This document shows positions 49,372 to 57,466 of a stretch of DNA of 64,000 nt, in pieces; position 1 is the first letter of the stretch, and the number at the start of each line of letters is the position of its first letter. Under the pieces are notes generated by a model. The model was given only the letters and a program-made list of their open reading frames with translations, made no database searches and was not told the DNA's origin. This stretch comes from an uncultured Actinomycetota bacterium (GTDB lineage Bacteria > Actinomycetota > Actinomycetes > Streptosporangiales > Streptosporangiaceae): positions 1,615,733-1,679,732 of the forward strand of contig CAVRFY010000005.1 in assembly GCA_963720595.1 (NCBI GenBank), written 5' to 3'. Position numbers and translations under genes: made by a program.

Positions 49372-50133
49372 GTGTCCAGAACAAGTGACCGCTTTGCGGG
49401 CAAGGTCGGGATTGTGACAGGCGCGGCGCAGGGAATCGGCGAGGCCTACGCCAGGGCGTTGGCCGCCGAGGGCGCCGCCGTGCTCGTCGCCGACGTGAAC
49501 GTCGAGGGCGGGACGAAGGTCGCGGCGTCGATCGAGGCCGAGGGCGGCCGGGCGGCCTTCGCCCGCACCGACGTGTCGGATCCCGGCTCGGCGATCGCGA
49601 TGGCCGCGGCGGCGGTCGACCGCTTCGGCGGCATCGACTACCTGGTGAACAACGCCGCCATCTACGGCGGCATGAAGCTCGACACGCTGCTGAAGGTCGA
49701 CTGGGACTATTACAAGTCCTTCATGGGCGTGAACCAGGACGGCGCACTCGCCTGCACCCGAGCCTGCTACGAACACATGGCCGCGCGCGGCGGCGGCGCG
49801 ATCGTCAACCAGTCCTCGGTCGCGGCCTGGCACTACGCGAGCTTCTACGGCCTGGCCAAGGTGGGCATGAACGGCCTCACCCAGCAACTCGCCCACGAGC
49901 TTGGCTACCTAAAAATTAGAGTCAACGCAATCGCACCCGGACCCACCGACACCGCCGCGACCAGGTCCGTGGTCGGCGATCTGGCGACCGATCTGGTCAA
50001 GGGGGCCGCGCTGAAGCGACTCGGCCAGCCGTCGGACCTGGTCGGGGCCTGCCTGTTCCTGCTGTCGGACGAGGCGAGCTGGATTACGGGCCAGGTGCTC
50101 AACATCGACGGCGGGCTGGTCTTCCGCCCATGA
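49372..50133 (+). CDS. SDR family oxidoreductase (FabG-like)
   Basis: IVTGAAQGIGEAYA, NNAA, YGLAKVG. Confidence 0.85.
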   Translation: MSRTSDRFAGKVGIVTGAAQGIGEAYARALAAEGAAVLVADVNVEGGTKVAASIEAEGGRAAFARTDVSDPGSAIAMAAAAVDRFGGIDYLVNNAAIYGGMKLDTLLKVDWDYYKSFMGVNQDGALACTRACYEHMAARGGGAIVNQSSVAAWHYASFYGLAKVGMNGLTQQLAHELGYLKIRVNAIAPGPTDTAATRSVVGDLATDLVKGAALKRLGQPSDLVGACLFLLSDEASWITGQVLNIDGGLVFRP

Positions 50134-51101
50134 CGGGACCGGACCGGGCCGCCCCGCCCGCGATCGGGTTCATCGGCCTCGGCCAGATGGGTGCGCCGAT
50201 GGCCCGCCGGCTGGTGGACTGGCCGGGCGGCCTGATCGTGTTCGACGCGCGGCCGGAGGCCATGGCGCCGCTGGTCGAGGCCGGAGCGCGGGCGGCTTGC
50301 GGCCCCGGTGAGGTCGCCGCGGCGGCCGCGATCATCTCGGTCATGGTCAGGGATGACGAGCAGGTCTGCCAGGTCGTGCGGGCCGTCGCAGCCGCGGCCG
50401 GGCGCGGCGAGCGGGGCAGCTCAGGTGAACGCGGCAGCTCACGCGAGCGCGGCAGCTCACGCGAACCTGACCTGGATCCGATCGTCGCGATTCACTCCAC
50501 CATCGCGGCCAGCACCGCCCCGATGCTGGCCGCCGAGCTTGGCCGGTCCGGCGTCGAGATCGTCGATGCACCGGTGAGCGGCGGGTTCATGGGAGCGAGC
50601 GACGGCCGGCTCGCCGTCATGATCGGCGGCACCCGGGCGGCCTACGAGCGATGCCGCGAGCCGTTCGGCCGGTGGGCGGACCTGGTGCTCCACATGGGCG
50701 AGGTCGGCGCGGGCACGCGGGCCAAGCTCGCGCGCAACCTGCTGCATTTCGTCGCGTTCACGGCGGCCGCCGAGGCCCAGCGGCTGGCCGAGGCCGCCGG
50801 GATTGACCTGCGCAAGCTCGGCGGGGTGGTGCGGCACTCCGACGCGGTCACGGGTGGACCCGGCTCGATCATGCTCCGCCGCGCTACGGCGCCGGTCCCG
50901 GCAGGCGATCCACTCCTGGCTGTGCTCGAGCACGTGCGGGCGCTCGGCGAAAAAGACCTGGGGCTGGCGCTCGAACTCGGCACCGAACTCGGCATCGAGC
51001 TACCGCTCGCCGCCTTCGCCCGCGAGCATCTCGCGGCCGGGCTCGGCGTGCCGCATCCGGACGGCGGCGCTCCGCCGCCAGGAGAGGACGGACGGGCATG
51101 A
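50130..51101 (+). CDS. NAD(P)-dependent 3-hydroxyisobutyrate-dehydrogenase-like oxidoreductase with GERGSS-repeat insertion
   Basis: IGFIGLGQMGAPMARRL and DAPVSGG. Insertion GRGERGSSGERGSSRERGSSREP. Confidence 0.8.
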   Translation: MTGPDRAAPPAIGFIGLGQMGAPMARRLVDWPGGLIVFDARPEAMAPLVEAGARAACGPGEVAAAAAIISVMVRDDEQVCQVVRAVAAAAGRGERGSSGERGSSRERGSSREPDLDPIVAIHSTIAASTAPMLAAELGRSGVEIVDAPVSGGFMGASDGRLAVMIGGTRAAYERCREPFGRWADLVLHMGEVGAGTRAKLARNLLHFVAFTAAAEAQRLAEAAGIDLRKLGGVVRHSDAVTGGPGSIMLRRATAPVPAGDPLLAVLEHVRALGEKDLGLALELGTELGIELPLAAFAREHLAAGLGVPHPDGGAPPPGEDGRA

Positions 51102-51475
51102 CCGATGACGACAGGCGACGGCGCGGTCTGGAGGTGATGGCGCAGGTCTACGGCTGGGACGTGCAGGACGGGCCAGGCGACTTTTTCGGGCTGACCGTCG
51201 AGCACCTGTTCGCCGAGATCTGGACCAGGCCAGGCCTGACCATCCGCGACCGGCGGCTGCTGCTGCTCGGCCTGCTCGTCGGGCAGGGCAAGCAGGATGT
51301 CGCCGACATCCAGATCGGCGCGGCGCTGCGGAACGGCGAGGTCGATGCCGAGCAGCTCAGGGAGATCGCCATCTTCCTGACGCACTACGCCGGCTGGCCG
51401 AGCGGCGCCGCCCTGAGCATGCGGGCCGAGAAGATCATCGCGGACCAGTCCAAGACGGGCGGCAGCGAGCGCTAG
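51098..51475 (+). CDS. Carboxymuconolactone decarboxylase (CMD/AhpD-like) family protein
   Basis: EIWTRPGLTIRDRRLL and THYAGWPSG. Confidence 0.75.
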   Translation: MTDDDRRRRGLEVMAQVYGWDVQDGPGDFFGLTVEHLFAEIWTRPGLTIRDRRLLLLGLLVGQGKQDVADIQIGAALRNGEVDAEQLREIAIFLTHYAGWPSGAALSMRAEKIIADQSKTGGSER

Positions 51476-51524
51476 TCCCAGGCGCTCGCCGGCAGCTAAC
51501 CGAGGCGCGAGGCGAAGGCGAGGA

Positions 51525-52484
51525 GTGCGAGTGCGGTACGGCGTTGTCCTGTTCACCAGCGACCGCGGGATCACCCCTGCCCGCGCGGCGCAGGCCGCCG
51601 AGGTCGCGGGCTTCGACTCCTTCTACGTCCCCGAGCACACGCACATTCCGGTCAGGCGCGAGGCACCGCACCCGCGAACCGGAACCGCCGAACTGCCCGA
51701 CGACCGTTATCTGCGCACGCTGGACCCTTGGGTGGCGCTGAGCACGGCCGCCGCCGTCACCTCGACGATCCGGCTCGGCACGGCCGTGGCGCTGCCCGCC
51801 GAGCACGACCCGATCGCGCTCGCCAAGACGGTCGCCTCGCTCGACCACCTGACCGGCGGCCGGGTCACGCTCGGCGTGGGGTTCGGCTGGAACGTGGACG
51901 AGCTGACCGACCACGGCGTGCCGGCGGCCAGGCGGCGCACGGTCGTGCGCGAGTACCTGGAGGCCATGCAGGTGCTGTGGTCGCCGGAACCGGCCGGCTA
52001 TGACGGCGAGTTCGTCAGGTTCGGCGCGTCCTGGGCGTGGCCGAAACCGGTGCAGCTCCCGCGGGTGCCGATCCTGCTCGGCGCCGCCGGCACCGAGCAG
52101 ACGTTCGCCTGGATCGCACGATCGGCCGACGGGTGGCTGACCACGCCCGGCGAGGATGGCCTGGAGGGCAAGGCAGCGATGCTGCTGCGTGCCTGGCGGG
52201 ACGCGGGCCGTCCCGGCGCGCCCGAGATAGCCGCGCTGGCCGGCAAACCCGACCGCGACACGCTCGCACGCTGGCGCGACATCGGCGTCACCGAGGCCCT
52301 GTTCGGCATGCCGGACCGGGCCGAGGACGAGGTGATCGGCTATCTGGGCAGACTGGCCGGGAAGCTCGGCCTGCCTGCGCGCCCCGGCCAGCCTGACGCC
52401 ACGGAGCCCGCGCACCCCGGCGAGCCCGCGCACCCCGGCGAGCCTGCGCGCCCCGGCCAGCCTGACGCCACGGAGCCCGCATGA
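51525..52484 (+). CDS. LLM-class (luciferase-like) F420-dependent oxidoreductase with repeat-bearing C-terminus
   Basis: GFDSFYVPEHTHIP and LDHLTGGRVTLGVGFGW. Confidence 0.8.
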   Translation: MRVRYGVVLFTSDRGITPARAAQAAEVAGFDSFYVPEHTHIPVRREAPHPRTGTAELPDDRYLRTLDPWVALSTAAAVTSTIRLGTAVALPAEHDPIALAKTVASLDHLTGGRVTLGVGFGWNVDELTDHGVPAARRRTVVREYLEAMQVLWSPEPAGYDGEFVRFGASWAWPKPVQLPRVPILLGAAGTEQTFAWIARSADGWLTTPGEDGLEGKAAMLLRAWRDAGRPGAPEIAALAGKPDRDTLARWRDIGVTEALFGMPDRAEDEVIGYLGRLAGKLGLPARPGQPDATEPAHPGEPAHPGEPARPGQPDATEPA

Positions 52485-53014
52485 TCATGGATGTCAATCT
52501 CGCGGACCTGTGCGCCGCGGTCGCGGCCGCGGTGCCCGAGCGCTGCGCGCTGGTCTGCGACGGCCAGCGGCTCAGCTACCGCGAGCTGACCTCGCGCAGC
52601 GAGCAGGTGGCGCAGCACCTGGTGACGGCGGGGATCGGTGCTGACGAGACCGTCGGGCTCTATCTGGCCAACTCGGTCGCCTACGTCGAGTCGCTGCTCG
52701 GCTGCATGGTCGCCCGCGCGATCCCGGTGAACATCAACTACCGCTACACCGGCCCGGAGCTCGCCCACCTCTTCGGCGGCGCGGACCTGGCTGCGCTGAT
52801 CGTGGACGCCGAGTACGCCGGCCTCGCGGCCGAGGTAGCGGCGTCCGCCCCGGGCCTGCGCCATGTCCTGGTGGTCGGCGGCGACCGCGCCGCCGCGCCG
52901 TCCCTCGCACCGACTCCTGCGGCATTCCCCGCCGCCGTCACCGTGCTGGACTACGCGACGGCCATCGGCGCGATGCCCGCGGTGCGGCCCGACCTGGAAC
53001 GCGGGGCGACCTGA
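52481..53014 (+). pseudogene. N-terminal ~175 aa of an AMP-dependent acyl-CoA synthetase (truncated before the AMP-binding motif)
   Basis: ALVCDGQRLSYRELTSRSEQVAQHL, VGLYLANSVAYVESLLGCMVARAIPVNINYRY. It ends at RPDLERGAT(stop), where the YTGGTTG-type motif should follow. Confidence 0.7.
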
Positions 53015-53191
53015 CCTGCCGCAACCGGGCCGCCCCGCCTACCAGATAGCGGAGGCGCTCCGGACTTATACACGGCGCGATGGCGCGCAGACGCAGGGTC
53101 AGCGCTCTGCGCGCGTGCATCGCCTTCGTGTCGGCGGGCAAGGACTGAAACTCGACGTCATCACCTAGGGGAGTCAACTAACCAGCCGCCT

Positions 53192-53320
53192 TTAGGCGCT
53201 GGCCGGCGGAGTCGGACGGCTCCGCAGCCCGATACCTACCGGCACCCGCTCCGCTTCCCGGTGTCTTGTCTCGTCCGGATGCTTCATCTCCTCGGCCAGA
53301 TTCATATGCTCGGCCATCAT
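53192..53320 (-). CDS. Possible 42-aa ORF (MMAEHMNLAEEMKHPDETRHREAERV...)
   Basis: Found by my own translation; it is below the ORF-track length cutoff. The start lies 7 nt from an AT-rich repeat/palindrome cluster. Confidence 0.2.
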   Translation of the reverse strand: MMAEHMNLAEEMKHPDETRHREAERVPVGIGLRSRPTPPASA

Positions 53321-53326
53321 GGCCTG

Positions 53327-53365
53327 AAAATAATTCGGAAAAAATAATTCGGGACATTCCGAATT
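53327..53365. promoter_or_regulatory. AT-rich element: 12-bp direct repeat plus 7-bp inverted repeat
   Basis: aaaataattcgg at 53327-38 and 53341-52. Palindrome aattcgg-gacatt-ccgaatt at 53346-65. Confidence 0.4.
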
Positions 53366-53596
53366 GCAGATAACCGCATATACCTCGTGCGATTACTCAG
53401 GGCTATCTGACCAGCGTGCCGACCCCATCTGCCCGGCGTTCCTGCAGGTCAGCGTCGGCCCGAGCGCTTTCCTAATCCGGCGGGCAGACGCTGCAAGAAG
53501 CCGCGAATCGACCAGCGGTCGATTCCAGTTCCCGTGATTTTCGTCAGTGGTGGCCTGCCCTGCTTCGGTGCTAAACAGGGTAGCTGGGGGAAACAG

Positions 53597-54070
53597 ATGA
53601 TGACAAGATTCATGGCTTTGGCAGCCGCCGTGGTCGCGCTAGGCGGGGGCCTGGCCGCAACTACTGCGGCAGCGCCCGCAGCGTCAGCCAGCGTCAGGCC
53701 GAAGGTTGTCGCTTTCAACTGGTGGCACGCAATCCACCACGAACACCGGCCAAATGGAGCCCGCCACGCGAGCCACTACTTCCCGTCCGTCCGGCCGGAA
53801 GCGCTCGGCGGCAGGTACGTCAAGCACCCGCTCAACGACATCGTCTGGAAGCAATGGCAACTGGGCAAGCGGGCGCTTGGGATCGGCCTGCTGAGACAGC
53901 ACGGGGCGTGCCGTCCCTGCTTCGCGGGCGTGACTCTGTCGCACACCAAGCTGCGGCCGGGCGGCCACGGGCACTATTACGCATGGGAAACCATCGACCC
54001 GCAGAGCAAGAACAGCAGCACGATCCGGCTGCGCTGGTCGTTCAAGGCAGGCAACTGGGTCCACCGCTGA
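53597..54070 (+). CDS. Secreted hypothetical protein
   Basis: ORF 53534..54070. ATG 53597 follows GGGGGAAACAG. Signal peptide MMTRFMALAAAVVALGGGLAATTAAAPAASA. Confidence 0.55.
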   Translation: MMTRFMALAAAVVALGGGLAATTAAAPAASASVRPKVVAFNWWHAIHHEHRPNGARHASHYFPSVRPEALGGRYVKHPLNDIVWKQWQLGKRALGIGLLRQHGACRPCFAGVTLSHTKLRPGGHGHYYAWETIDPQSKNSSTIRLRWSFKAGNWVHR

Positions 54071-54074
54071 CCGA

Positions 54075-54096
54075 GTTCGCCACGCCGCTGGCGAAC
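54075..54096. terminator. 8-bp-stem hairpin just after the stop codon
   Basis: gttcgcca-cgccgc-tggcgaac, 5 nt after the TGA at 54068-70. Confidence 0.3.
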
Positions 54097-54221
54097 AGGC
54101 CCAGGTGAAAGCGCCGCGTGCGCGCATCCGCTTAGTGCGCGGCGGGCCGGAACGGACGCGCGCGTTCAGTCCAGCTCGGGCTGATGGCGTGGTATGCGGG
54201 GCTGCTCGTGAAGCGGACTTG

Positions 54222-54701
54222 TCATCCGTGCTGATCCCGATCCGCCCGAAACTGGGAGATGATCGGGGTCACTTCGTGCGCGATGAGCACGATCATCGTC
54301 ACACGCCCAGTGTCGCTGAGCAGCGGAGTGCTGAAGACGTTCCAGTACCGTTCCTCGAACACACCCGGCCTGCCCTGGTCCTCCACGTCGTACCTGGTCA
54401 GCGACACGACCTGGCGCTCGCCTGAGGCCAGCGCCGCCTCCAGCGAGAAGCGAAGGTCGCGCGGCCCGGTGTCAGCCGGATCAGGCCGGTCCGGGAAGAG
54501 GTCGAACGGGCTGTGACCCAGCAGATTTTCCCGCTTGCGCCCCGCCGCCGTCAGGTACTCATCGTTCACATCGAGGATGATGAGATCTGGCGAGAGCAAA
54601 ACCGTGGGGCATGGCGCGATCTTGAAAACACGCTGGTAGTCGATGCCAGATTCCGTCACGGTCCCCCCCGGATGTGGGTCATGCCCGCCGTACCCGCTCA
54701 T
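54222..54701 (-). CDS. Stand-alone PAS domain protein
   Basis: ORF 54222..54791, ATG 54701. LLSPDLIILDVNDEYLTAAGRKRENLLGHSPFDLFP and ERYWNVFSTPLL form a PAS fold. No output domain. Confidence 0.6.
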   Translation of the reverse strand: MSGYGGHDPHPGGTVTESGIDYQRVFKIAPCPTVLLSPDLIILDVNDEYLTAAGRKRENLLGHSPFDLFPDRPDPADTGPRDLRFSLEAALASGERQVVSLTRYDVEDQGRPGVFEERYWNVFSTPLLSDTGRVTMIVLIAHEVTPIISQFRADRDQHG

Positions 54702-54858
54702 GATATTCGGGTATGAGATCGATTCGCGGACTGGCACGAGCGCCGCAGGGACGCGGCGAGCGACTGCGCGCCATTTGGTGGCGCTGCACACGGCAGAGCT
54801 AAATGCAGTGAGTTCAGGGGCTGATGGCCGCCGTCGATAGCGTGTTCTAATCGATGGC

Positions 54859-55059
54859 GTGGACCAGCGGCCGGCGTGGTGGAACTATCCGGCAGCCTGC
54901 CAGGCCGGGCACCCCTGGGCGCCTGGCCGGGTGATCGTCGCGTGGCATCCCTGCGACAGCCCCGTCGCGCTGGCGCAGCCGGGCAAGGGGCATCTCGTGG
55001 TGCGGTGCGGCACAGCCGGGTGCACGTCGGCGCGGTTCAGCCCGAGGTGCGGGCGCTGA
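54859..55059 (+). CDS. Small Cys/His-rich (zinc-ribbon-like) hypothetical protein
   Basis: 66 aa, very high third-position GC. CQAGHPW, WHPCDSP, VVRCGTAGC. Confidence 0.45.
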   Translation: MDQRPAWWNYPAACQAGHPWAPGRVIVAWHPCDSPVALAQPGKGHLVVRCGTAGCTSARFSPRCGR

Positions 55060-55282
55060 TGCGTCAGCCCTTGGGCCGGACCGTCCGGGAGACCAGCTCG
55101 AACCCGATCGCGGCCAGGGCGTGCTCGGCCGTCTTGCGCGCGATGCGCACCTCAAAGGGCTGCCCCCTTGCAGCCACATCCGTTCACGCCCGGCGGCTGC
55201 CGGGTCAGGTCGGGAATCGCGGCCGCGTAGATGCACGTGCACTCGCACTCTCTGCAGTACCGGGCACATCCGAATGGCTCCC

Positions 55283-55534
55283 GACCAGCTGGCTGGCTCG
55301 ATCACGTCCGGCGGCGGGCTCGGCAGCCTCCGCGCCGACGGGCCGGGCACGCAGGCGATCGAGGCCGCGGCCAGGTCAGCCTTCGTCACCGGCCTTGACC
55401 GCATCTGCTGGGTGGCTGCCGCCATCGCCGCCGTCGGCGCGCTGGTCAGCGCGGTCCTGCTGCGGCCGCGGGACATCTCGAGCGCTCCTGAGGCTTCCGC
55501 CGAATACGAGCAATCCCTGCGCCGCGCCGCCTGA
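55283..55534 (+). pseudogene. C-terminal fragment of an MFS (drug-efflux-type) transporter
   Basis: AFVTGLDRICWVAAAIAAVGALVSAVLLRPRD resembles the last TM helix and tail of DHA-type MFS proteins. The upstream ORF part is nonsense. Confidence 0.4.
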
Positions 55535-55565
55535 GCGGGAATCTTGTTACGATCACTGGATCCAC

Positions 55566-55638
55566 GCGCCGCTAGCTCAATTGGCAGAGCAGCGGACTCT
55601 TAATCCGCGGGTTCGGGGTTCAAGTCCCTGGCGGCGCA
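55566..55638 (+). tRNA. tRNA-Lys (anticodon CTT), identical to the copy at 31512-31584
   Basis: The same 73-nt sequence, read base by base. Confidence 0.9.
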
Positions 55639-55677
55639 CTCGCTCGCCCGTACCTCTGACTATCTAGCGCAACGGCG

Positions 55678-56164
55678 GTGATGCCCGTGAGCCTTGTGCT
55701 GCGCAACATCATCTTCACCCTGGTCGTGCCAGGCGCGGGCGGCGTCTACGTGCCCTGGCTGATCCTCACGCGGCACGGTGCCCCGCCGGCTCCGGCTGCC
55801 TGGTACGCCGCCCCGCTGATCGCCATCGGCCTCGCCTTGTACCTGTGGTGCGTGCGAGTCTTCGCGGTCGTCGGCCGCGGCACGCCGGGACCGTGGGACG
55901 CGCCGCGCCAGGTCATCGCGGTCGGGCCCTACCGCTGGGCGCGGAACCCGATCTACATCGCCGCCCTGCTCATCGTCTCCGGCGAGGCGTGGCTGTTCCT
56001 CTCGGCCGCGCTCCTGCTGTACGCGGCCGGACTCGCGGCGGCGTTCCACCTGGTGGTCGCCGGCTGACGAGGAGCCGAGGTTGCGCGCCAGGTTCGGCGA
56101 GCCGTACGAGGCCTACCGGCGCGCGGTCCCCCGCTGGATCCCCCATCCACCCGGCCGGGACTAG
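55678..56164 (+). pseudogene. Isoprenylcysteine carboxyl methyltransferase (ICMT/PEMT) family protein, frameshifted near 56065
   Basis: Frame 1 gives GPYRWARNPIYIAALL, then FHLVVAG(stop). The expected C-terminus DEEPRLRARFGEPYEAYRRAVPRWIP continues in the next frame to the stop at 56162-64. Confidence 0.65.
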
Positions 56165-56188
56165 CGCCAGACCCGCCGCCCACGCCGC

Positions 56189-57442
56189 TCATACCATCGC
56201 GTGCCCGCGCGGTCCGACGACCGCCGGCGGCTCGACGGTGCTGGCGTTGACGAACGTGCTGCCGTGCGGACCGGCTACGACCGCGTCCCCCAGAGCGCTC
56301 CCGCTCAGGTACTTGTGCCACGACAAGAACCATTCCGTCCAGCCGTTGTCCCACGTCGGCGCGACCGGGCTGCCGGTGACGATGACCGGATCGCCGGGCA
56401 GTTCCATCTTGTAGTACGTCTCGGCGTGCGCTGGCGAGGTGTTCACGCATCCGTGGCTGACGTTGAGCGACCCCTGAGCCCAGACCGACCAGTACGCATC
56501 GTGGATGTATTCGCCGCTCCAGGTGAACCGGACGGCCCATGGCACCCACAGCGCGTAGCCAGGGCCCTTCATGAACGTCGGGTTGGCCTTCTCGATGGTC
56601 AGGTACCTGCCATTCGACGTGTCGTCGCCCGGCCTGCCCGTGCTGATCGGCCAGTGGCCGAAGTGCCGTCCCTTATAATATATATCCATATAGTGGGTGA
56701 CTGTGCTCACCTTGGCGATGAGCGACGGCCCGATCTTGAACGCGACGTGCAGATCGTGGGTTCCGTAGACGCCCTTCGCGCCTTCGACGCCGTTGAGGCG
56801 GCCGGTGAAGCTCACCCGGGTGCCCGGCGACCAGTAGTGCCTGGGCCGGAACTCCACGGTCTGGTTCCCGTCCCAGTACCAGGCCCCGATCACCGGCCGT
56901 GATGTGGTGATGCTGAGCGACCGCTCCACGGCAGCCCGGTTCGTGATCGGCCGGCTGAACGTCAGCACGATCGGCATGCCGACCCCGTACTCACCGTGGT
57001 CGGCCTCGAGAACAGTGGCGCGGAACGTCTTGCGCGGAGTCAGCGTCCGGAACGAGCTAGTCGCCGTGACCTTCTTGCCGCCCGCGCCTACCGCCGTTGC
57101 CACCACCGTGTAGCTGCGCGAAGGCGTCAGCCGCGACTTGCTGCGCCAGATCGTTCCGCCGCCGCTCAGATCGCCCGCCAGCGAACCGCCGGCCGCGGTG
57201 ACGACCACCCGCTTGATCTCGCCGTTACTTGCCCGCACCAGGATCCCCGCGGCCGGCTTGACGTCGCGCATGCCGCTGACCGGCGTGATCATCAGCCGCG
57301 CCTGCGGGGTTGCCTTCGCCGGTGCCGCCGCGCCCGCCGCGGCGCCGGTACATCCTGCCACCGCCAGAGCCAGTATCACCATGATCGCGGTAACCGCCGG
57401 CCAGCCGACCCCGGATGCCCATGCCGCATGACGTCTCTTCAC
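56189..57442 (-). CDS. L,D-transpeptidase lipoprotein (YkuD domain with Ig-like N-terminal domains)
   Basis: Lipobox LALAVAGC. Catalytic SHGCVNTSPAHAE. GTG start. Confidence 0.85.
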   Translation of the reverse strand: MKRRHAAWASGVGWPAVTAIMVILALAVAGCTGAAAGAAAPAKATPQARLMITPVSGMRDVKPAAGILVRASNGEIKRVVVTAAGGSLAGDLSGGGTIWRSKSRLTPSRSYTVVATAVGAGGKKVTATSSFRTLTPRKTFRATVLEADHGEYGVGMPIVLTFSRPITNRAAVERSLSITTSRPVIGAWYWDGNQTVEFRPRHYWSPGTRVSFTGRLNGVEGAKGVYGTHDLHVAFKIGPSLIAKVSTVTHYMDIYYKGRHFGHWPISTGRPGDDTSNGRYLTIEKANPTFMKGPGYALWVPWAVRFTWSGEYIHDAYWSVWAQGSLNVSHGCVNTSPAHAETYYKMELPGDPVIVTGSPVAPTWDNGWTEWFLSWHKYLSGSALGDAVVAGPHGSTFVNASTVEPPAVVGPRGHAMV

Positions 57443-57466
57443 GAAGAACCCCGAATCCCCGGTGCC

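Noticed and set aside
31585-55565. Integrative element or genomic island bounded by the two tRNA-Lys copies
   Set aside because: There is no integrase, excisionase, relaxase or conjugation gene. Both repeats are complete tRNA genes rather than a tRNA plus a partial att copy. The interior includes the CYP51 neighbourhood, which appears to be ancestral actinobacterial synteny. I kept only the weaker hot-spot observation.
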